Shown here in pieces: positions 49,601 to 60,100 of a stretch of DNA of 64,000 nt; positions within the stretch are counted from its first letter, which is position 1, and each line of letters opens with the position of its first letter. The DNA lies in contig JBNZDD010013520.1 in assembly GCA_050575255.1 (NCBI GenBank), positions 787,751-851,750 on the forward strand, written 5' to 3'. The position numbers and the translations under genes are program-made. The stretch comes from Harriotta raleighana. Its lineage: Eukaryota. Below the pieces are notes generated by a model. The model saw nothing but the letters and a program-made list of their open reading frames with translations. It had not been told where the DNA came from and did no database searches.

Positions 49601-51625
49601 TCACCCACAAAATACATAGTCAATTCACTGAAGCACTTTAAGATGTCTCAATGGTGTGATAAGGTGCTAAACCAAATGTAAGGATGCATTCTCGATAAGC
49701 TTATGGAGCAGGAACGGTGGGGATTTTTTTTTAACTGTATCTATCGCGGAGGCACTAATAGAAATTGTTGCACTTCACCCTTCCAAAGCTAATAGTTGTA
49801 AGGTGGAACTCAGCGACTGTGAGAATGTGTAATGGGGAGGGCCTGGGTATTTCACTCAATCCTGTTACGTCCAGGAGCACTTACTAGATACAGTTGGTTC
49901 CTTCCACATTGTACTTGCAGCTGCACTTTCCGGTTTCAGTGTGGCACACGTCTCTAGTTCCAGCCATATTACACATACAACGCCTGGTAACACAGAAACT
50001 CAATTTAATATTACAAGGGCAAGTAGCAGCAGTAATGTTGACAAGGTACAAACCTACCTACAAGGTACAAACACTGTACAGTAAATCCTGCGAAGAGGGT
50101 GAGAATTTTGATGACGTTTTGATAACATGATAAGACGCTGTATCTATTGTATGCAGCACGTCCCTCATTCCACCTCTATTCAGTAACCACCTCAAGTTAA
50201 CAAGCACAGTGGAACATCCTTGAGAGTCTGGGTCGGATCCCAATGAACTATTAGTCTTAATCTTATTAAAGGCTACTTTAGCCCAGTCTCCTGAGAAGTT
50301 GTTTGAGTTGAAGTTGTTCAATTCTGGTCTGAGTGTAAATGCAAGTTGTCGTGGTAGTGTCAGATTTGGTAATACAAAAAGCATCAGTTTTAATCAAACC
50401 ACACTAGAAAGTGAGGGTGGAGTGGACAATAGTGGAGTTTTGATGGCCTGATGTGCTCTGCTACAGAATGCTTAGTGAGTGAATCCAATGCATGTCCAGG
50501 TGACAAAGAGAGGAAAGCACCACTAAGCAGGCTGGCTAACGAATAGCGTAGGATTCAGGGCACATTGTAGTGCTGTACATTTTGTCCAAATTACTTACTT
50601 GCAACCACTGCTTGAAAGTGCATAAAATCCAGGCTGGCATTGGTCACACTTGTCGCCGATCACTCCCTCTGCTTTACATCTACAGCGACCTTGATCATCA
50701 CAGCTATTGCCCGAGGATCCTGTGAGAAATGGAAAGAACAAAAACATTTAATTACAGTAAACACAGGCACTTGGGACTTAGTAGAAAATATTCAACTTAT
50801 TGACTATTATTATTAATTTCGGTGGAATATAAATTTACTGCAAGAAATCACAGATGTCTTGTAAGTTTCAGACCTTATTGTAGCTCTCGGGTCATTCTCG
50901 TTCAGTCTAAATGCTGTCCTAAACTATTTTAGATTTGGTTTCCCTCGCCACACAGTTGGACCTAAAGAAATCACTCTTCCCTCGCTATTTCAAAGAAATG
51001 TGGACTTTCTCACAGTTATCCTGTTTCCCATTCCCCCTCCTTATTCCCACATTTACTCCCAAATTCAAGAGAATCACCTTCCCATTTCACTGATGCTTAT
51101 GGGGTGATTTGCCGCTGCATTCGCCTACATAAAGGCAATCGCTTTCATTTCCAATCGATTTTATTTTGTAAAAATGCTCGGAGACGTTTACCTGTCGACA
51201 AGGACCGTTATGCGATATGTTTCCAGATTATTACCGTTTATTGTTGTATTCTCTCCTCTGGTCACGTGTCGCTTGTCTAAACATTTTGTGGGTCACCTTG
51301 TTCACAAGGAGTGCTCACATATTCATTATTGCAATGCAGTCTAAATCCTACAGGACAAAAGCCCTAATGGGATACACACAGAATGAAACAAAACAATGAT
51401 CTTCAGTGAACATTGCCCAGCTCCAGGAAAACTTACCCATGGTGTTGCAGCCGCAAGGCAGGCATCGGCCGCCCAGGGTCTGACGGTAGTGATTGGCCAT
51501 GCATTTCTCACAGTGTAGTCCCTCTGTGTTATCAATGCAGTACAAGCAGCGAGTGCCGCTTCCTGTGTTCCTGTACAGTATGGGGTCCCACTCACACCTC
51601 GAAGCCTTTCGATTGCACTTACAGG
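34377..51625 (-). CDS. LAMC2: Laminin subunit gamma-2: span of coding exons 2-23 (signal-peptide exon 1 not identified)
   Basis: 22 GT-AG exons (3479 nt) splice into one open frame: LE repeats, L4 domain, LE repeats, coiled coil, ending [11 protein letters not shown]. No LN-domain exons were found upstream, the gamma-2-type CYSSDDAP linker is present, the short arm is short and the gene sits next to NMNAT2, all favouring gamma-2 over gamma-1 or gamma-3. Confidence 0.92.
35145..35206 (+). repeat. Short tandem repeat, ~14-bp unit GGCTGTAATGTAAY
   Basis: About four copies, directly visible. Confidence 0.85.
35320..35419 (-). CDS. LAMC2: LAMC2 exon 22 ([33 protein letters not shown])
   Basis: ttgtag| acceptor, TGG|gtaagt donor, 100 nt. 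Confidence 0.89.
36296..36454 (-). CDS. LAMC2: LAMC2 exon 21 ([16 protein letters not shown]...DTKNAHQ)
   Basis: caccag| acceptor, CAG|gtgaga donor, 159 nt; translated manually. Confidence 0.89.
36983..37182 (-). CDS. LAMC2: LAMC2 exon 20 ([20 protein letters not shown]...DKVLK)
   Basis: ttgcag| acceptor, AAG|gtatga donor, 200 nt. Confidence 0.92.
37809..37923 (-). CDS. LAMC2: LAMC2 exon 19 ([16 protein letters not shown]...LNNLN)
   Basis: ttgcag| acceptor, ACG|gtttgt donor, 115 nt. Confidence 0.9.
37953..38280 (-). mobile_element. Stacked SINE 3' fragments directly upstream of the LAMC2 exon 19 acceptor
   Basis: Two AATAATAATCCTTGCATTT tails in series plus a repeated body segment. Confidence 0.78.
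38944..39093 (-). CDS. LAMC2: LAMC2 exon 18 ([12 protein letters not shown]...[13 protein letters not shown])
   Basis: tttcag| acceptor, ATG|gtgaga donor, 150 nt; found manually, LLEKGK resembles laminin gamma chains. Confidence 0.88.
39912..40056 (-). CDS. LAMC2: LAMC2 exon 17 ([14 protein letters not shown]...IDITSLT)
   Basis: tgccag| acceptor, ACT|gtaagt donor, 145 nt. Confidence 0.9.
40831..40968 (-). CDS. LAMC2: LAMC2 exon 16 ([20 protein letters not shown]...RLEQQ)
   Basis: actcag| acceptor, CA|gtaagt donor, 138 nt. Confidence 0.9.
41109..41185 (-). CDS. LAMC2: LAMC2 exon 15 ([26 protein letters not shown])
   Basis: ctacag| acceptor, AT|gtaagt donor, 77 nt; translated manually. Confidence 0.9.
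41362..41735 (-). mobile_element. Deu-domain SINE, near full length
   Basis: Head, Deu block and tail in reverse orientation. Confidence 0.7.
41844..42049 (-). CDS. LAMC2: LAMC2 exon 14 ([16 protein letters not shown]...EMTRI)
   Basis: ttgcag| acceptor, ATA|gtaagt donor, 206 nt. Confidence 0.91.
42593..42749 (-). CDS. LAMC2: LAMC2 exon 13 ([17 protein letters not shown]...[11 protein letters not shown]...GDVK)
   Basis: atttag| acceptor, AAG|gtgaga donor, 157 nt; start of coiled coil. Confidence 0.91.
43048..43223 (-). CDS. LAMC2: LAMC2 exon 12 (CSCDPRGS...CRGDG...[15 protein letters not shown])
   Basis: ttgcag| acceptor, AAG|gtatta donor, 176 nt. Confidence 0.92.
43284..43525 (+). mobile_element. 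tRNA(Ala)-derived SINE
   Basis: GGAGTCCTGT..AGAGCACTCGCCTCGCAAGCGAGAGGACCCGGGTTCC head. Confidence 0.8.
43526..44145 (-). mobile_element. CR1 LINE 3' fragment (end of RT ORF2 plus 3' UTR)
   Basis: [41 protein letters not shown]...[11 protein letters not shown] is the typical CR1 ORF2 C-terminal region. Confidence 0.9.
44204..44437 (-). CDS. LAMC2: LAMC2 exon 11 ([12 protein letters not shown]...[10 protein letters not shown]...SEKCK)
   Basis: ccccag| acceptor after a poly-C tract, AAT|gtaaga donor, 234 nt. Confidence 0.94.
45315..45558 (+). mobile_element. 5'-truncated L2 LINE with (TTG)n tail
   Basis: GGCCGGTCTCAAGACCTTCCTCTT, pyrimidine tract and stem-loop tail; close match to 31580-31790. 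Confidence 0.82.
45610..45780 (-). CDS. LAMC2: LAMC2 exon 10 ([17 protein letters not shown]...CPEKTMG)
   Basis: tcctag| acceptor, TGG|gtgagt donor, 171 nt. Confidence 0.93.
46449..46673 (-). CDS. LAMC2: LAMC2 exon 9 (RGHLDDVVL...[13 protein letters not shown]...CDPETG)
   Basis: tgacag| acceptor, CAG|gtgagt donor, 225 nt. Confidence 0.92.
46843..47212 (-). mobile_element. tRNA-derived SINE carrying a nested antisense L2 tail (~46900-46962)
   Basis: SINE tail is split by a plus-strand CTTGGGACGTCCTCCTGATGTGAAAGG..(TTG)n flanked by TTTCA. Confidence 0.78.
47210..47348 (+). repeat. Degenerate ~30-bp minisatellite (GAAATCCAGWGG..AAGAAAT), about five units
   Basis: Direct observation. Confidence 0.72.
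47673..47785 (-). CDS. LAMC2: LAMC2 exon 8 ([13 protein letters not shown]...[11 protein letters not shown])
   Basis: ttccag| acceptor, ATA|gtaagt donor, 113 nt. Confidence 0.93.
48101..48290 (-). CDS. LAMC2: LAMC2 exon 7 ([16 protein letters not shown]...YKFR), L4 domain
   Basis: tttcag| acceptor, CAG|gtaacg donor, 190 nt. Confidence 0.93.
48431..48553 (-). CDS. LAMC2: LAMC2 exon 6 ([11 protein letters not shown]...PVYFVAP), L4 domain
   Basis: tgacag| acceptor, CAG|gtaagt donor, 123 nt. Confidence 0.93.
48861..48997 (-). CDS. LAMC2: LAMC2 exon 5 ([28 protein letters not shown]...AFGS)
   Basis: ccgcag| acceptor, CAG|gtatgt donor, 137 nt. Confidence 0.93.
49390..49685 (+). mobile_element. 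tRNA-derived SINE
   Basis: CACTCGCCTCACAAGCGCGAG..GTTCGATTC head and shared tail. Confidence 0.78.
49885..49983 (-). CDS. LAMC2: LAMC2 exon 4 ([33 protein letters not shown])
   Basis: taccag| acceptor, TA|gtaagt donor, 99 nt; LE cysteine spacing. Confidence 0.9.
50599..50719 (-). CDS. LAMC2: LAMC2 exon 3 ([40 protein letters not shown])
   Basis: tcacag| acceptor, AA|gtaagt donor, 121 nt; translated manually. Confidence 0.92.
51437..51625 (-). CDS. LAMC2: LAMC2 exon 2 ([23 protein letters not shown]...[10 protein letters not shown]), LE
   Basis: ccgcag| acceptor, ATGG|gtaagt donor, 189 nt. Confidence 0.93.
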
Positions 51626-52655
51626 CTGCGGGGAGAACAAAGAGCTTCAGGTGAGCGAAGACGATGAACAAGGCTAACACCACCAGTACCTCACAGTGGG
51701 TTTTTAAACAATGTATTTTACAATACACTAGTCATTCGAGAGACACGTGTCCCAACAATGTCCCACTGCTGTACTGTAGTCAAAGCACAATGATAACAGT
51801 TTATACTAACCCAGCAAGCTAAAGCCCAAAGCAAGACATTGCAATGGATGACTGATGGCCTGCATTGATTCTGATGAATATGTAGATACTGCAGTAATAT
51901 TTGATTTAACGTCTTATCATTTCATCAGAATATCTCAAAGTTCTCATCAGGATTCTACTGTAAAGTTTAGTGTCTGTATATTTGCGAATCAACACTGTAC
52001 CACACAATGTTGTCATCAGATATCCTGTATCAGTTTACATTCGCAGAGTGCCGTTCACATTGGGCCACCTCCCTGAGTGCATGGCAAAGATTGAGTGGAA
52101 GTTGAGATAGGAGGGAACTCGTGGGGAGAAGGAGGGGAAGGAGAGGGCAGGGAGGTTACATGACCCTAATATGTGATCTGATATCATTACAAAGCCTGCA
52201 GCTACCAAAAAATAATCTTAATTATAATGCCTTCTTTCATCTTAACTGCACAGACATTGATATGACTCTCCGATGTATACAACTGCACCATTATAACTGT
52301 ATATTCTTGACATGAATGCGGTCCACTAGACATTCCTATACATCCACACAACACACACTAACACGGAAATATTACTCAGATCCCGGGCCCCTTTTAACGT
52401 ACCACTCACTCACCCAGTGTAAGTTATGCGAACAGTGTTAACATTTCACCAGCTGCCGACTGAACTCCATCCTCTTGTTATTCCGCTATGGATTTGGATT
52501 TGGTTTCTCAACTGGCTTGTAACTAATCTCCTTTGTAGTTCATGTTCCAGTTTAAATATAAGCCTTATATTGAAATGCAACCATGCAGTGTTAACTGATC
52601 ATTTCAATCAGTCAACACTGTCTGGGTCAATCAATGAACTAAGTACACTCTCTTT

Positions 52656-52688
<33 letters not shown>

Positions 52689-52844
52689 TATAACAGTTCT
52701 AAACAATAATGATCCTAACTCTCCACATTCTGATTTCAGCACAAACAGAATACTCTGAGCGAAGAGAAGTGATTGTTACACTGACTTATTCCTCAAATAA
52801 TAAAGGAGAAAATATTCCATCACCAACATTCCCTAATCCTGTGC

Positions 52845-53190
52845 AACAACAACAATAAAAACAACAAAATTACATTTATATAGGGCCTTTCACATTGGGA
52901 GGACGTCCCAAGATGCTGGATAGTTAGTGTTTTGGACCTGAGCTTGGGTTAGGATCTGGGAGGATGGAGGGAAGGGAAGGAGGATGATTGATGGTATGGT
53001 TAAAGAGGAGGGTCTTGAGGAGGAACTTGAAGGCGGCTAGGGAGGGGGAGAAAGGGAGAGGTGGAGGGATTGTGGGATGGAATTCCAATGGTTGAGGGCA
53101 GAGTGGCTGAAGGCTTGCCCGCCAATGTTGGACAGGTGGGTCGGGGGATATGGAACAGGCTGGAGCTTGTTGAGTGGAGGAAGTGGACAA
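52845..53190 (-). mobile_element. 5'-truncated L2 LINE
   Basis: SLAAFKFLLKTLLF-type ORF2 end and (TTG)n tail on the minus strand. Confidence 0.78.
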
Positions 53191-54778
53191 AATGCCATCT
53201 TGCTCCTTTAAAACGGTTTGGAGGTGGTGGCCTCCATGCCATATCTTCCTCAATCCCCACCTCATATTAATTCTCCAAAGGTCCCAATAAATAAAGCATC
53301 AGTCATTTACTACAACTTATAGTGGGAGGAGAGCAGTGTAGGTCAACACTGCATTAAACAAAGGGGTTTTGATTCCGATTATGAATGGAATCATCACTAT
53401 TGCACTACTCAGCAAATGAATGGATGCTCTCATGTACGCCTGCTCCGCACAGCCAGGGTCATGTCCTACTATTGCAATTCACATTCAGAGGGATTCCAAG
53501 TCGCATGTGACTTTATCCCAGTGGGCAACGCTGTTAATTTGTCAACCTCATAATCAGGCTCTCTTACTAAGTCTCAAAGTTAAAAAAAGCTATTTTTTAA
53601 AATACTAATAGCACTTAATAAGCCAAAATAAAAGTCACACTGTTTCGAAGTCAGGGCACCCTTGATCCTCAACACACTTGACAATTAACATCACAGTGCT
53701 TTGGATTCAGCCCCAATTTCTTAATCACAGATTCCACAATCTAAAAGTATGTTATGGTTGCTGAGGTGCATTTTTGTGGATTTCTCGTCCACTTCATTTA
53801 TTTTCTTGCTCAAAAAATAAGAATCATTCGGTTCCGTTTTCATGTCCTGTGATTGCAAGTGTATTATTGCCACCCTCCTGCACTGAAATCTGTCTATGGG
53901 CCCATTTCCTCCTCCATCCACATCCATCCAGCTCTGCCTTCGACATGAATTGAGGAAGCTTCGAATCGGCTTTGTTTACAACAATTTGAACTTGAACCCA
54001 CCCTTTTGGGAAGTGAGCTCAGCGTTTGCGTGGAGATCGTTCGGCCCATTGCATCTCATCACTCCAAAATATCCACTCTACCACACAGCATCCAACTGTT
54101 CCCTAAATGAATATGTTCGCATTTGATATAGCGCTTTATCATGTTCTCTACTGTAATCCACAACCAGAAGTACAAATGAACTTTCCAAACGCGACACAGC
54201 GGCACCTGGTAAAGAAAGAAACCCGATGACTAATTTTGACTCCCATTGAAATAAACTCTCAAAACTGATTTAAACTGAACCACCAAGGCAATTGTCCTCC
54301 TGTTTTGTCTGGATGTAGATCTTTGCAGTCATGCGTATGAGTTTCATTGAGTAAACATTTTCTTTGTCCACTAATCCACAAACCTCGCTTCAAGTCATGT
54401 CTCCTCCTGTATGACAACACTGCGCACTGAAACCACAGTGTCAGCAGCTACTCACTCACTGCCTGAGGTTCTTTTGGCATTTGGTTCATCAGGATTGGGG
54501 AGATGGGCAGGAATGCTGCGCTGAGACTGGTCACAAACCACTTTCCCATAGAATCAGGAATGGCCTGGCACTGAGACAGCAGCAGGTGCCAGATTGTGCA
54601 GCAATCTTCTCTCTGTGTTGCTCTAGGCAAATCTATATTTCTCCCATGCATCAGTTGGTAGCAATCTCACCTCNGGTCACAAACCACTTTCCCATAGAAT
54701 CAGGAATGGTCTGGCACTGAGACAGCAGCAGGTGCCAGATTGTGCAGCAATCTTCTCTCTGTGTTGCTCTAGGCAAAT

Positions 54779-54907
54779 ATACAGTCAGTTTTTTTCCTGC
54801 TTTTCTTCCCCCGACCCCTCCCCCCACTTGACTGTACAGCGCCTTGGGACGTCCTCCTGATGTGAAAGGCGCTATATAAATATAATATATAAATAAATAA
54901 AAATAAA
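54779..54907 (+). mobile_element. 5'-truncated young SINE/L2-tail insertion with 9-bp TSD TAGGCAAAT
   Basis: Absent from the duplicate copy of the same locus at 54529-54673; TSD at 54770-54778 and 54908-54916. Confidence 0.9.
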
Positions 54908-56729
54908 TAGGCAAATCTATATTTCTCCCATGCATCAGTTGGTAGCAATCTCACCTCTGAGCCTGAAGATTGTGGGTTCAAACCCCATGTCCGTGGACCT
55001 GGAACTCCTAGTGTAAGATGGCACTCCTACATGGTACTGTGCTTAAGGTAGGGGCAGTGCTGCATTGTCAAAGGTGTCATACTTCAGATGGGCCTTGATA
55101 AACCGAGGCCTCATTTACCTGTTCAAGTGAAGTTAAGCTGCTGTGAGTCACAACAGTACCCGCTGCCTCCACTCTACTTTGTCGAGCCTCCTCCTTGTTC
55201 CCCGAATCCTCTATCCCACCAACAGTGGCCTTGCTTTCAGCCATGATGCCCCAAAACTTTGGAACTCCCTCCCTCAACCCATTTGCTTACCCAGCACTTT
55301 CCCATATTCAGGTTACGTCTTAAGGCCTTGCTATTCAACCGCACTTACGGTCACATTCCCCTCCCCCTGACTCGGTCTCGGACTCCGCCAATGTGAATCG
55401 CCCTAAGATGCCACCCGGCGTGGAGGGTGCTATATGAATGCAAGTTGTTGTTGTTTTGAAAGATCCCACGGCACAATTTGCTGCAGCGTTCACCCGCAAA
55501 GGAGCACACTTTACAGTATATCCTGCGACGCACTTTGAGACATTTCCCTGGCACGAAAGGCATTATCTCAAATGTCAGATTAATGTTAACAAAGATGCTT
55601 GGATTTTCCCAGGTTTGTCATTTTTGTACTTGTTCAAACTGGAATTGAAGGGAGGGAGGGTATAAAGTGGACAGATTACAGGAGAGAGTTCCAGAGAGTG
55701 GAGGCAAAGTGGCAATTTCATAGGCAATTGTTATCAAGGTCCCGTTTGCAATTCCCATTTGCAGGCCAGCCCAGTGAGGATCTATTCTTTATAGAAAAGT
55801 ACACTAAAAGCATGATGACTTCAGGAACAGCCGCTGGACCGTGGGACTGGCCAGAGAAGAAGCAACATATTTTCTACAGTATTTCTGATCAGCAGCAGAC
55901 AAGCCGACAGTGTCTCCGCTTCCTGGCAGCTGGTGACTTACAAGATACCCCCGCACCCCCCCCCCCAACACCACCACCCCACACCCGAATAAAGGAATGA
56001 ATCAGATTGAATGTTCACAGTCAGTCCTTTAAAAGACAAGTCATTGGCAGGCCGCTTGCATGGGCTTCTGCTTGTCTTGATTTGCGAAGGCTGCAGGCCC
56101 GTATGCACACGCTGGGCTGTTTACACAGGGTTTGCTGATTCAGTACCTACACAGTCTGAGAGGTTACTCACTTAAGAGAAACCAGCCAACACAGACACAA
56201 GACAGATAATCATCAGAACACGCAATGAGGCCCAGAGGGTATGGCAGGTGGGACCGGTTGGGGGGGGGGCCAAGGTATTGTGCCAGTGTACTGTTAGCAA
56301 TACTGAGTTGCAAGCATTAATATAAATACAGTTCCTGGGATGTTTACACTTTGGGAGCTGGTTAAAGTGCGGTTGCAATGAGCAAGGCAGAAATATTAAA
56401 GGGATGAAGTGTTTGGCCATCTTTTTGCAGGAGGGGAGAGAGGGTCACTTGTGTCACAGCGATCCCACGACCCATGCATGAAGCGGTGAGAAGACTGAAT
56501 ATGGGGTCTGAAAACAAACAAGAGAAATTTGCTGAACACTTGCACAAAAGCTGTGCTCCTTTAGAAAAGATCTGGGCAAAAGGCAACGTCAACTAAAAGG
56601 CTAACTTCTCGGCAATGCACACACTCACTGGCAATGCCAGACATTAGAGCATTCAACAAGCATCCCAATGCCGGAGAGCAGCAAACATGGGTTCACACTA
56701 TATAAGGCACTGATGTTCCTCTGTGTCTC

Positions 56730-57185
56730 ATTGACCTGAGGTATGAACTATGAGTAATGATCAGACAAGCTGGGGCTCTACAGTCTGAAAAGAGACATCT
56801 CAATGGAGACCATTTAGACGGACAATGTAACACAATCTAATTTGTATTTCTATAACCCCTTTCACATCAGGAGGACATGTCAAGAAGATTTTCAAATCAG
56901 ATTGAGAAAGTAGACCCAGAACAATGCTTTCAGATGAATTGAGGCAAAGGAACAAGAGTAAAGTTACAAGTTTAAAGTTGCAAAAGGGGAAATTTCGGGA
57001 TAGATACCAGGAAGTATTTCTTTACTGAGGACTGGAACAAGTTAGCAGTAAGTGTGATTGAGGCCAAGACCCTGGAGTAAGCTTGACGCCATGATGAGAG
57101 GTTGAGTATTTTGGGAGGTTGAGATCAAATGGGACAAAGGGTCTTTCTTCTTCACCCAAACCAGTCTTGTGAGCCTGACATTCCA
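56730..57185 (+). mobile_element. Old CR1 3' fragment
   Basis: Degenerate LGLYSLK motif and GATACCAGGAAGTATTTCTT block shared with 44590-44840. Confidence 0.6.
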
Positions 57186-60100
57186 CGGCTGCTCTGCTGG
57201 TGATTGCACCCCATTCTCCAATTTCACAAGAGACGTTTAGGTGAAAAATAATAGCACAAAATTTGGTTTTAATTTGCCCTATTGGGGAAAGTCCCATTCA
57301 AAAGACTCAATCTCTGAAAAGTTAGCAGTAAAAGTGAGACAGAACCAAATGCATGGGGGAGTGGGTGGAAGCTGGGGGAAACGGTCTTATAAAACTAATC
57401 AAAGAAAATCTAGGTGATAGCAGACACCGAGCTGTGCGGCGATTAACCACAAGACATGCACTGTACCTTCTCTTTAAGCAGTGACCGGTACATGCTGGTA
57501 TGAACACATGCTGCACAGTGAGTCACTAAGGTGCGGAAGTTAGGAGCTGAATTCAACATTAAGGTGCCAAATAGAGCAGAACTAGTCATGTATTTGTGGA
57601 TTGTGTGAGACATGAAAGCACAGGTGGATGGATGGATGGAGAGAGAGAGAGAATTTGGCTCGATGCCATCCAAACCATTAATAGGGCTGAAGATATACAC
57701 ACATTGCCTCACCGGTGTCTCACTGATGGAGAAAAAGCGTCTCGCAAAAGAAACTGTATTGAAACCCTTGCACTGGATAGAGAACCTTACATGCCTGGAG
57801 GCCATCTCAAAGTGTTTCACAAGATACACTGTGAAGTGTAGTGACTGTGTTTTAGGAGGTGTGCGTGGGTTTACTGCAAAAAAAGCAATTTATGCCATTG
57901 AGATGAGGTACAAGTTATGGTACCACTTTCAAAAAGAATGCTGTTTGAATCTCAGTCTCGATCTTATGCTTCAGTGACCCACTGACAATATGATGACCTC
58001 CTTTATCTTCTTGACTTGACTTTACTAGCAAGGTCACTCCACTTCACAAGCACTGATTCTACATGACAAAAGAAGCGATGGCACGGGGACATTTGTGGTT
58101 GTTTTTCTCAGTGCGTCAACGCTGATCAGGGGGATGTTTACACGGCGCAGGAACAAAGTGCAGACATCCATCTTTGACTAGCAAAAACACAGAGCTCGCT
58201 TGACCTTGCCCTGCAAACCTTTTAGCTCACAGACGCCAGCACCTTCTCTCCTTATAGGAAAATAAGGTCCATCTCAAGATCTATGTACAGTACTTGACTG
58301 CAATTTTGGTCATCTTTCCCCTCAACCCTTTAGGTGCCCAGCCAGCACTGTTAAGCACCTTAGGATGTCCTCCTGACATGAAAGGTATTACTGTATATTA
58401 ATCTAAATTTGTATTTGTAATAACCTTACCAAATGATACGTTAACACACACACACACACCGGGTGAATGACACAGATTAACACACACAGGTAGGATTAAT
58501 ATACAAATTTTCAGTAAATAACAGAGGGAGGAGAAAGTTATTATTGCTGTTAAAGGTAATGACTTTGATGAGATACGCATATGAAAAGAGAAGTACTGTA
58601 CCATAATGGAACAAAATTGTTAAAATCGCTGCACAGAATCCAGGATTAAACAATACAGAGATACTGTATCAGGAAGCAGGGTATAAGCAGCACATACAGA
58701 AACTAGTTGGGCTTCAGATGGTACCCATGTACACTGCAACAATGTCCCATTCCCAAAGAACAGTGAAACTGCCCTCTCAATTACTCAGTCCCCTCTCACT
58801 GTGAAAGTTGTTCTATCCTTGCATGGCTTTTTGTGGCCTTTGCTATGTGCAAATTGACTGCCACGTTTATGCCTTCAACATAAACAGTCACTGCACTATC
58901 CAGTAAATGCCTATGACTTTGAGACATCCTCCTGATGTGGTAATGAACGAGAAGCTTACTTTTGCACATGATAATGATCAGACGATACACAATGTAGAAT
59001 ATAGCACCTATAAATTCTTTGCATCAACTGGTGGATTATGTAGTTTGCAGCCATTCTGGAAGGTGTGGTTTACACTGGTCAGACTTCAGCAGTTACTCCT
59101 AAAACACTCTCTGGAGTCTCTAAGTTTTAGCTCTTGCTAACCTGCCCATAAAGCTTTCCAGGAATAGGCAAGAGAGTGCACATTCCATTCCAATAATCTG
59201 TCTCTGGAATTTCCATGTGTAGGTGGGATGCGTGCAATTCTTAGTTTGGTTTGAGACTCTTAAGGATGAAAATTGGTTTCTGCATGTGTCAGACACCCCC
59301 CCCCCCCCCCAAAAAATGGAAGGTGTGTTTACTCTCAGTAATTTGCTGTGTTGGCTGTGTAACACACAAAGTATGCATCACAGCCCACATCCTGGGCTGC
59401 ACCCGGGCAGTCTGTGGTGAAGCTGACAGTGTGTCAGCATTCAGCATGAGCCCACGTGGAATCTGCTCCACACTTTGTGGCCAGTTGAAGGGTGGGTGAG
59501 GAGCAGCGATGTTTACTCAACGCTCCAGCACCCCACGTCTGCCGTTGCCTCCCTGGCGCGACTGCTTCTCACATTTATCTTCAACACGACCACAGCACAG
59601 AGCAGGAGTGCGAACAAAAGGAAAGGCGGAGAAAACTACTGGCACAAAGCCCAGGGCTTATGGCAGAGAACACTGCTTTGAAGCCTTCTGTGTAACTGAA
59701 GGCAGTGTCTCAGTTACCAAAATGAAATGCCCCTTTAAACTGTGTCAAGTCTGAAATCCACCCAGTCTCAGACTCCAAGGCAATTCTGTCTTTACATTTA
59801 AGATCCAGCAGAGGTAGGTATGAAAAATTCTTCAATCTAATCTTAATCATAAATCTTTACATTTGGAAAGAGCCTTTCGCATCAGAAGTGTCAAAATGCT
59901 TCACGTGATACAATGTAAAGTGCAGTGACTTTGATTCTGTGGACAAACATGGCAGCCAATTTGCAAACATCAATGTCTCACTTACAACTGTGAAATGAAT
60001 GGCCAATTCCATAGTGTCCTAAAGAAACCACCCATCAAATTGAAATTGAATTGAAGACATTTCCACAATTCTACAAGATCTTAAATTTGATGATAAATTG

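Noticed and set aside
49883-49887. Apparent in-frame TAG at the end of LAMC2 exon 4, suggesting a pseudogene
   Set aside because: The G belongs to the gt donor; splicing gives TA|T = Tyr and the frame stays open.
34377-51625. Alternative identity as LAMC1 or LAMC3
   Set aside because: Despite gamma-1-like motifs, the truncated CYSSDDAP module, reduced LE number, absence of LN exons in the window and adjacency to the NMNAT2 3' end fit LAMC2.
56166-56240. Hydrophobic MIICLVSVLAGFS followed by GTGAGT as a LAMC2 signal-peptide exon
   Set aside because: There is an in-frame TAA before the donor, and no nearby ATG in the phase-1-compatible frame.
59515-59640. Signal-like FLLFALLLCAVVVL stretch on the minus strand
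   Set aside because: In-frame TAG upstream, no ATG and no suitable donor.
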